Part shown: positions 54,405-64,000 of the stretch, piece after piece
Position numbering within the stretch: position 1 is the stretch's first letter
How the letters are laid out: each line of letters starts with the position of its first letter
Assembly: GCA_964016885.1 (NCBI GenBank)
Contig: OZ024755.1
Span: 38,068,001 to 38,132,000, forward strand
Direction of reading: 5' to 3'
Length of the DNA: 64,000 nt
DNA from: Eledone cirrhosa
Taxonomy: Eukaryota
Made by a program: the position numbers and the translations under genes
The notes under the pieces: model-generated
Told to the model about the DNA's origin: nothing
Databases searched by the model: none
Seen by the model: only the letters and a program-made list of their open reading frames with translations

Positions 54405-54749
54405 ACAAACATATGTTTTTATATATCTTTGTAGATAGATATATGTGTGTGTATGTATGTATATTTGTTGTTGGACATCATGCTTTGGCAAAGGAGTTCA
54501 TAACAGTTGCTTCCATCTTCCTCTAACTTTATTATGTATTTTATGTTCATATCTTTCTACCTTAAAATGATTAGTTTCTAAAAATACTGTATGCACCTTT
54601 TTTTTCCTTTTACCAAATTATTTACAGCAAATATCTTTATTGACTCTTGTACACATCTAGTGACAATGATGGGGACATTGATAATACATGGGAATATACA
54701 AAACAGATTGGCCTCGATGACATATCCACACTTGTTTAGACACTATGAC

Positions 54750-57700
54750 CTGTTAGGGGACAAACACATCAGTATATTTTAGACCAGTTAGGGGACAAAT
54801 ACATCACTATATTTTAGACCAGTTAGGGGACAAATACATCAGTATATTTTAGACTAGTTAGGGGACAAATACATCAGTATATTTTAGACCAGTTAGGGGA
54901 CAAATACATCAGTATATTTTAGACCAGTTAGGGGACAAACACATCACTATATTTTAGACCAGTTATGGGGACAAACACATCACTATATTTTAGACCAGTT
55001 ATGGGGACAAACACATCAATATATTTTAAACCAGTTAGGGGACAAACACATCAGTATATTTTAGACCAGTTATGGGACAAAGACATCAATATATTTTAAA
55101 CCAGTTAGGGGACAAACACATCACTATATTTTAGACCAGTTAGGGGACAAACACATCAGTATATTTTAGACCTGTTAGGGGACAAATACATCAGTATATT
55201 TTAGACCAGTTAGAGGACAAACACATCAGTATATTTTAGACCTGTTAGGGGACAAACACATCAGTATATTTTAGACCAGTTAGGGGACAAATACATCAGT
55301 ATATTTTAGACCAGTTAGGGGACAAATACATCAGTATATTTTAGACCAGTTGGAGGACAAACACATCAGTATATTTTAGACCTGTTAGGGGACAAACACA
55401 TCAGTATATTTTAGACCAGTTAGGGGACAAATACATCAGCATATTTTAGACCAGTTAGGGGACAAACACATCAGTATATTTTAGACCTGTTAGGGGACAA
55501 ACACATCAGTATATTTTAGACCAGTTAGGGGACAAATACATAAGTATGTTTTAGACCAGTTAGGGGACAAATACATCAATATATTTTAGACCAGTTAGGG
55601 GACAAACACATCAATATATTTTAGACCAGTTAGGGGACAAACGCATCAGTATATTTTAGATCAGTTCGGGTGACAAACGCATCAGTATATTTTAGACCAG
55701 TTAGGGGACAAATACATCAGTATGTTTTAGACCAGTTAGGGGACAAATACATCAGTATATTTTAGATAGACCTGTTAGGGGACAAACACATCAGTATATT
55801 TTAGACCAGTTAGGGGACTATTACATCACTATATTTTAGACCAGTTAGGGGACAAACACATCAGTATATTTTAGACCAGTTAGAGGACCAACACATCAGT
55901 ATATTTTAGACCTGTTAGGGGACAAACACATCAGTATATTTTAGACCAGTTAGGGGACAAATACATCAATATATTTTAGACCAGTTAGGGGACAAATACA
56001 TCAGTATATTTTAGATAGACAAGTTAGGGGACAAATACATCAATATATTTTAGACCAGTTAGGGGACAAACACATCAGTATATTTTAGACCTGTTAGGGG
56101 ACAAACACATTAATATATATTAGACCAGTTAGGGGACAAACACATCAGTATATTTTAGATCAGTTAGGGGACAAACGCATCAGTATATTTTAGACCAGTT
56201 AGGGGACAAATACGTCAGTATGTTTTAGACCAGTTAGGGGACAAATGCATCAGTATGTTTTAGACCAGTTAGGGGACAAATACATCAGTATATTTTAGAC
56301 CAGTTAGGGGACAAATACATCAGTATGTTTTAGACCAGTTAAGGGACAAATACATCAGTATATTTTAGATAGACCTGTTAGGGGACAAACACATCAGTTT
56401 ATTTTTGACCAGTTAGCGGACAAACACATCAGTATATATTAGACCAGTTAGGGGACAAACACATCAATTTATTTTAGACCAGTTAGGGGACAAACACATC
56501 AATATATTTTAGACCAGTTAGGGGACAAACACATCAGTATATTTTAGACCAGTTAGCGGACAAATACATCAGTATATTTTAGACCAGTTAGGGGACAAAT
56601 ACATCAATATGTTTTAGACCAGTTAGGGGACAACACATCAGTATATATTAGACCAGTTAGGGGACAAATACATCAGTATATTTTAGATAGACCTGTTAGG
56701 GGACAAACACATCAGTATATTTTAGACCAGTTAGGAGACAATTACATCACTATATTTTAGACCAGTTAGGGGACAAATACATCACTATATTTTAGACCAA
56801 TTAGGGGACAAATACATCAATATATTCTAGACCAGTTAGGGGACAAATACATCAGTATATTTTAGACCAGTTAGGGGACAAACACATCAGTATATTTTAG
56901 ACCAGTTAGGGGACAAGTACGTCAGTATGTTTTAGACCAGTTAGAGGACAAATACATCAGTATGTTTTAGACCAGTTAGGGGACAAATACATCAGTATGT
57001 TTTAGACCAGTTAGGGGACAAACACATCAGTATATTTTAGACCAGTTAGGGGACAAATACATCAGTATATTTTAGACCAGTTAGAGGACAAATACATCAG
57101 TATGTTTTAGACCAGTTAGGGGACAAAAACATCAGTATATTTTAGACCAGTTAGGGGACAAACTCATCAGTATATTTTAGACCAGTTAGGAGACAAATAC
57201 ATCAATATATTTTAGACCAGTTAGGGGACAAACACATCAGTATATTTTAGATCAGTTCGGGTGACAAACACATCAGTATATTTTAGACCAGTTAGGGGAC
57301 AAATACATCAATATATTTTAGACCAGTTAGGGGACAAACACATCAGTTTATTTTTGACCAGTTACTGGACAAATACATCAGTATATTTTAGACCAGTTAG
57401 GGGACAAACACATCAATATATTTTAGACCAGTTAGGGGACAAACACATCAGTTTATTTTTGACCAGTTAGCGGACAAACACATCAGTATATTTTAGACCA
57501 GTTAGGGGACAAACACATCAATATATTTTAGACCAGTTAGGGGACAAACACATCAGTTTATTTTTGACCAGTTACCGGACAAATACATCAGTATATTTTA
57601 GACCAGTTAGGGGACAAACACATCAATATATTTTAGACCAGTTTGGGGACAAACACATCAGTATATTTTAGACCAGTTATCGGACAAATACATCAGTATA

Positions 57701-58581
57701 TTTTAGACCAGTTAGGGGACAAATACATCAATATGTTTTAGACCAGTTAGGGGACAAACACATCAGTATATTTTAGACCAGTTAGGGGACAAATACATCA
57801 GTATATTTTAGATTGACCAGTTAGGGGACAAACACATCAGTATATTTTAGACCGGTTAGCGGACAAACACATCAATATATTTTAGACCAGTTAGGGGACA
57901 AACACATCAATATATTTTAGACCAGTTAGGGGACAAACACATCAGTTTATTTTTGACCAGTTACCGGACAAATACATCAGTATATTTTAGACCAGTTAGG
58001 GGACAAACACATCAATATATTTTAGACCAGTTTGGGGACAAACACATCAGTATATTTTAGACCAGTTATCGGACAAATACATCAGTATATTTTAGACCAG
58101 TTAGGGGACAAATACATCAATATGTTTTAGACCAGTTAGGGGACAAACACATCAGTATATTTTAGACCAGTTAGGGGACAAATACATCAGTATATTTTAG
58201 ATTGACCAGTTAGGGGACAAACACATCAGTATATTTTAGACCGGTTAGCGGACAAACACATCAATATATTTTAGTCCAGTTAGGGGACAAACACATCAGT
58301 ATATTTTAGACCAGTTAGAGGACAAATACATCAGTATATTTTAGACCAGTTAGGGGACAAACACATCAGTATATTTTAGACCAGTTATCGGACAAATACA
58401 TCAGTATATTTTAGACCAGTTAGGGGACAAACACATCAGTATATTTTAGACCGGTTAGCGGACAAACACATCAATATATTTTAGACCAGTTAGGGGACAA
58501 ACACATCAGTATATTTTAGACCAGTTAGAGGACAAATACATCAGTATATTTTAGACCAGTTAGGGGACAAACACATCAGTT
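54750..58581. repeat. 35-bp satellite, ~110 copies
   Basis: ttaggggacaaacacatcagtatattttagaccag; period 35 (54753, 54788...). Confidence 0.97.
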
Positions 58582-58932
58582 TATAAAGCCATCTCTATAC
58601 CCATCTCCTTGGTTGTTAGCAATGATGCTATCCTTATATGACCAGTTGTTGGACCAGGTTTCAGCTCTCATTGGGAGGGACATAACTAAAATTGATTGCT
58701 AATATTGGCCTACAGCTACTTATCTTATAGAATAGTTTATTTTATCGACCACAGATTGGAGGTCAAGGCGATGTTTCCCTCACACTCTCGCCTTTCTACC
58801 AACCCTCTGCCCTAAAATAAACACAATTAAACAATAGGCATTTTGTCTGGTGCTCTACTGCTTCTGCTGTCGACCACATGATAATAATAATAGATTTTAA
58901 ATCTAGAATCTTTTCCCATACACTGATACATA

Positions 58933-58963
<31 letters not shown>

Positions 58964-59649
58964 ATGTGCATACATTTATATGTATGAGTATATAAATATT
59001 AAAGCACAAACACAGACACACTTACAAAAATACACACTCACCGACATACATTTACACAAACACACACACTCACGCAAACACACACATACATTTACACAAA
59101 CACACACATACACTCACACACAGCATAGTTTTTTCATCGTCCCCTTCCTTCCTTTTACACACACATACATTCACGCAGGCAGCAGATGTAAAGAGAGAGG
59201 AGTAGTATGTGGTAGGTAAACTACCCCCCTCTTTCTTTACATCTGACAGAATCACAGAAGTTTATATATAGATTGCTACCTGGCCAGCAGTGCTGGTGAT
59301 TAAAGAGACCCCAGTGCTTGACTGGTTCTTTGTATTATTGACCGTCTAAGTGTGAAAAACAAAGTTAATCTTCCCTGGGTTTGAACTCAGATCAAAGAGA
59401 GCCGTGATAAATACTGCACATGATAATAATAATGGTTTCTACTTTTGGCACAAGGCCAGCAAATACCCAATGTATTACTGGTACTTTATTTTATCGACCC
59501 CATAAGGATGAAAGGCAAAGTTAACCTCGGCAGGATTTGAACTCAGAATGGCAAGGGCCATAACTCTATGTGTCAAAGCATGGCGTCCGACCCTCTACCG
59601 ATACTGCCAATCCACCGCCCTTGATAATAATAATGGTTTCTGAAATTGA

Positions 59650-60365
59650 CACAAGCGGCCAAAATGGTTTCCTCCAAAGGGACTTTGGAGTAACGTTATT
59701 CAATAAAGTGTGTAGCTCAAAGTTGAGAGAGTCACTCCAGGTAGAGCCGCTACTTCTCAGAATAGAGAGATCACCTTTCCGATACTATAGACATATGGTT
59801 AGAATCCGATACTATAGGCATGTGGAAAGAATCACTGGAGAGTCACTCCAGGTAGAGCCGCTACTTCTCTGATTTGAGATTTCACAGCTCCGATACTATG
59901 GACATGTGGTTAGAATGTCTCAGGAAAGAATCACTGGAGAGTCACTCCAGGTAGAGCTGCTACTTCTCTGAATTGAGAGATCACAGCTCCGATACTATGG
60001 ACATGTGGTTAGAATGTCTCAGGAAAGAATCACTGGAGAGTCACTCCAGGTAGAGCTGCTACCTCTCTGAATTGAGAGATCACAGCTCCGATACTATGGA
60101 CATGTGGTTAGAATGTCTCAGGAAAGAATCACTGGAGAGTCACTCCAGGTAGAGCTGCTACCTCTCTGAATTGAGAGATCACAGCTCCGATACTATGGAC
60201 AGGTGGTTAGAATGTCTCAGGAAAGAATCACTGGAGAGTCACTCCAGGTAGAGCCGCTACTTCTCTGAATTGAGAGATCACAGCTCTGATACTATGGGCA
60301 TGGGGTTAGAATGTCTCAGGAAAGAATTGCTGGACATATTTTACTGGCAAAACCAGCTACCAGGT
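59650..60365 (+). mobile_element. RTE-like LINE C-terminal fragment with a 99-bp tandem array (~5-6 copies)
   Basis: LRESLQVEPLLLRIERSQLRYYGHVVRMSQERI-type unit (RTE LRWxGHV motif); same family on the minus strand at ~61770-62210. Confidence 0.8.
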
Positions 60366-60442
60366 GACCCACTCTACTACCCTAAGTATTGAGTACTCTG
60401 GTGCGTTATGGTCCATACAGTTCTTTACCACAATTCCTTTGT

Positions 60443-60473
<31 letters not shown>

Positions 60474-60527
60474 CGTTTCTGAATTTGTTTAGCAAGATTC
60501 TTTATCTGAAATCGTGTGTTGAAACCG

Positions 60528-60824
60528 ATATTGTTATACTTTGGGAGGGTCATGTTGCCAATAAGAAACACACGCACCAGTTGCTTTCACTTCAATTTAT
60601 TATAATAAATTTATAAATTTATGAATTTCTGGTTGGTTGGTTGGTTCCACAACCAGATAGTTGTTTATATAAACAACTATCTGGTTGTGGAACCAACCAA
60701 CCAACCAACCAGAAATTCATAAATTTATAAATTTATTATAAATTTATTATAATAAATTGAAGTGAAAGCAACTGGTGCGTGTGTTTCTTATTGGCAACAT
60801 GACCCTCCCAAAGTATAACAATAT
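60528..60824. repeat. ~300-bp spacer-less palindrome, TA-flanked
   Basis: Centre gtttat|ataaac (60668/60669); arms differ only by small repeat-number indels. Confidence 0.9.
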
Positions 60825-62912
60825 ATATATATTGTAAGTTGTTAGTGCTTGGAATAATAAGGAAAATTATTGTGTACAGTGCTCAGGTGCACTACAACTC
60901 ATCAAAGGTGCATGTATAGTACAGAGACTAATGTACAAGTGTGAGGAAAGTGAACAGTGTATGAGTCATGATATACACACAGATACATACGTAAGCATGT
61001 CCACAAGTGTTAGACATGGAATTCAAAAATATCCGAGTTATATTGGTAACTCCCAATCTATATCTTTATACATACATTCATAGTGAAAGATATAGGCAGA
61101 TAGATGTGTATGCATGTAGGTATATATACACCTTTGTGTATGTGTGTATATACATATCTGTGTTTGTGTATGTATTTCTAAGATACAAACAAACAGACCA
61201 GTACTCAATACACGAACAATAGGCTTCGATTTATATATCCTCCGCCTGATTCCCTGGCAATAAATAATGTGTTCACCCCCTACCCCACCTTATATTCTGG
61301 TGAGAAACCAGTAGGGAGATGGTATTTAGTTCCCAATAAAAACTGGAACAATGAGTATGTATTTACATATATCAATATCAATGGCTCTGTAAGCCGTGAC
61401 AAAGGCAACCTGTCTAGGAGAGCAGTGACTCTCAATAAAAAGCCTGACACAATATAGATATGATATCAATGTAATTGATATGTAAATACATACCCACAGT
61501 GACATAGTGATATGACCTTGAACCTCCAGGGTACTTTAGGGCAAATGTCTTAAATCTGAGGCTGATCTCCAGGATATCATTAAAGATAATAATTTAGGAT
61601 TATGTTTGACATTGATATTGTACTGTGGTATAATTATATCATAGATATTGTACTACACTTTGAGTGCTTCAATTGATTTTATGTAAAATCAATTTTAACA
61701 AAAGCTGTTGTCGAGCAGCTGTTCTGGACACAAGGGTTTCTTTTAAGTAAATTTGAACCTTCTTTCTTTTAATCTTCTTCTTCGCCCACTTATTCCTGAG
61801 AGGGTTGTTGGGGCAGAGCCCTCAATCACTCCCTCCAGTGGATCCAGTTAGAAGCAACTGTCTCCAATTGATCTTGTTGGATCCCCAAGTGAGACCAGCC
61901 AAGTTCATTGATGTTATCCAACTATCCTGCTTAGGGTCTACTCCTGGGTTTCCTACCTGTTAGTTTTGCACATAAAATCTGTCCAGTGATTCTTTCCCGT
62001 GACATTCTAACCACATGTCCATAGTATCAGAGCTGTGATCTCTCAATTCAGAGAAGTAGCGACTCTACCTGGAGTGACTCTCTGAGGAATCCCATTTCGA
62101 CCGCTTGTATTCGCGATCATATTCTTTTGGTCATTAACCAAGATTCGTGACATAGGTAAGGGTTGGCGTGAAAACCGAATTGAAGGCAGTGAGTTTTGTT
62201 TTTACACCTCCCTCCCTTCTGATTACTGAGCGCTGAAGCTGGTGCATTGCTGCACCAGCTTTTGCAATTCTTGTCTTTTAATCTTAATTTGAAAAAAGCC
62301 CCCAAAACTGCGAATATACTAAAAAGTGAAAGCACACTTTATAGTGGTTAGGTTGTTTGTTTCATGATTGTAAGTTTGTGGGTTCTGTCTCCTGACCAAG
62401 CTGCATGTTGTGTACTTGAGAAAGGAACTTCATTTCATAGAGCATCATTCTACTCAACTGAAGACCAACTGTAGCTGTGGGTTAACTTTCTAATAGATCG
62501 GCATCTTACCTTGTACTCTCAGTTACTTAACACCACATAAAACCTGGATAAACTCCTGCCTATTGTCTCTCAAAGCTGACTTTAACTTTTGTTAACTCCT
62601 AAGAACATTTTTTATTTTGTCAAGAAAATGTACATTTCAATGTTAATTTCCTTGTAATTTTCTTATACAAATTTACCCAAATCTAAATAATAACACACAA
62701 TGATGGAGTGCTGTGGGTGATGTTGTTATTGTTGTTGTTTGCCCCCAGGTTAACTGTGGTCATACAGGACTTATGATGAATGTTATCCTGTCTTTTTATA
62801 TATCAAGGACGTACCTTCTCCAATGTGTCCTTTTAATAAAGATGGTATGGTGTGGTTTGAGATTTGGCTTGCTCTCATGTTAACACATGCAGTAACATTT
62901 AACTACATTGGT

Positions 62913-63340
62913 TTAACCCTTTAGCATTTAAACTGGCTGTATCCGACCAGAATTATCTCACCTCTTTCTGTTGAAACCGGCCATAACTGGCTGCTCACAC
63001 TTATGTTAAGGTATTGTTCTCAAAATAAATATCAAAATCTCACAGATTCGATATTATGTGAGGTAAAGTGTTTACAATGAAAATACAATAGTATATATAG
63101 AGTAATGTAAATGGTAAAGGGTTAACCCTTTAGTGTTTACATTACTCTATATATACTATTGTATTTTCACAGTAAAGGCTTTATCTTACACAATTATCTC
63201 ACACAATATCGAATCTATGAAATTTTGATAATAATCATTTTGAGAACAATACCTTAACATCAATATGAGTGGCCGGTTTTGGCTGGTTTAAGCAGAAAGA
63301 GGTGAGAGAATTCTAGCCGGTTTAAATGCTAAAGGGTTAA
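62913..63340. mobile_element. Two piggyBac-type MITEs in opposite orientation sharing one TTAA (63122-63125)
   Basis: TTAA-ccctttagc...gtaaaggg-TTAA-ccctttagtg...gctaaaggg-TTAA. Confidence 0.85.
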
Positions 63341-64000
63341 GGGAGATTTGAATCACTATTATTTCTTAAAGATTGGCAGAATTGGTAGAGCATTGGATAA
63401 AATGGCATTGCAGTTTTTGTTCAGGCTATTATTATTATTATTGGACTGGCAGAGTCGGTATAGTGTCAGACAACATGCTTTTCAACATAGAGTTATGGCC
63501 CTTTACGATCTGAGTTCATATCGTGCTGAGGTTAGCTTTGCTTTTCATCCTTACGGGTCAATAAAATAAGTACCAGTAATGCACTGGGGTAAATTTAATC
63601 AACTTTCCCCTCCCCCCAAATTGCTGGCCTATATAAGAAACCATTATTATTGGGTCGGACGCCATGCTTTGACGCATAGAGTTGCGGCCCTTTACATTCT
63701 GAGTTCAAATCCCACTGAGGTTAACTTTGCCTTTCATCCTTACGGGGTCGATAAAATAAAGTACCAGTAATACACTGGGGTAATTGCTGGCCTTGTGCCA
63801 AAAGTAGAAACAATTATTATTATTAGTTCAAATCCCACCAAAGTCAACTTCTCCTCGCATCATTTGGGGGGTCGATAAAATAAAGTACCAGTCAAATACT
63901 GGAGTGGATTCAATCAACGTTGCCCTTCCTCCAAATTTCCTGGCTTTGTACCTAAATTTAAAGCCATTATTTCTAACAGGTGTTGCAGCCCTGGATTAAC

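Noticed and set aside
54661-54739. Possible exon DNDGDIDNTWEYTKQIGLDDISTLV-stop
   Set aside because: Weak acceptor, no good donor, phase 2 does not fit the preceding phase-0 exon, and no recognisable homology.
54750-58581. CRISPR-like array of 35-bp repeats
   Set aside because: Contiguous tandem units, no unique spacers, no cas genes, eukaryotic context.

Overview
AT-rich, repeat-dominated eukaryotic DNA. The SINE/LINE/MITE repertoire suggests an octopod cephalopod (inference). Almost all listed ORFs are artefacts of microsatellites or minisatellites, or are retroelement debris. The window is mostly intron of a + strand SORBS/CAP-family (sorbin and SH3 domain) gene: five small GT-AG exon candidates are visible, one carrying the WxPPD...YxxxPxSIxxYxPGxSS motif. 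Interspersed repeats: two tRNA-derived SINE families, RTE, CR1 and Tx1-like LINE fragments, a TTAA-targeting piggyBac-type MITE, and several TE-seeded tandem arrays. The most notable signal is a set of short, sequence-unrelated, (TA)n-flanked Penelope-like remnants. They carry at least nine minimal type I hammerhead ribozyme motifs (five sequence families), most often arranged as fold-back palindromes of 0.1-3.3 kb. At least seven unrelated sequence families share a covarying hairpin (RCUC-[stem-loop]-UY-GAGY) in the unpaired 3' tail just beyond the fold-back. All structures were read by eye; no folding or database search was run.
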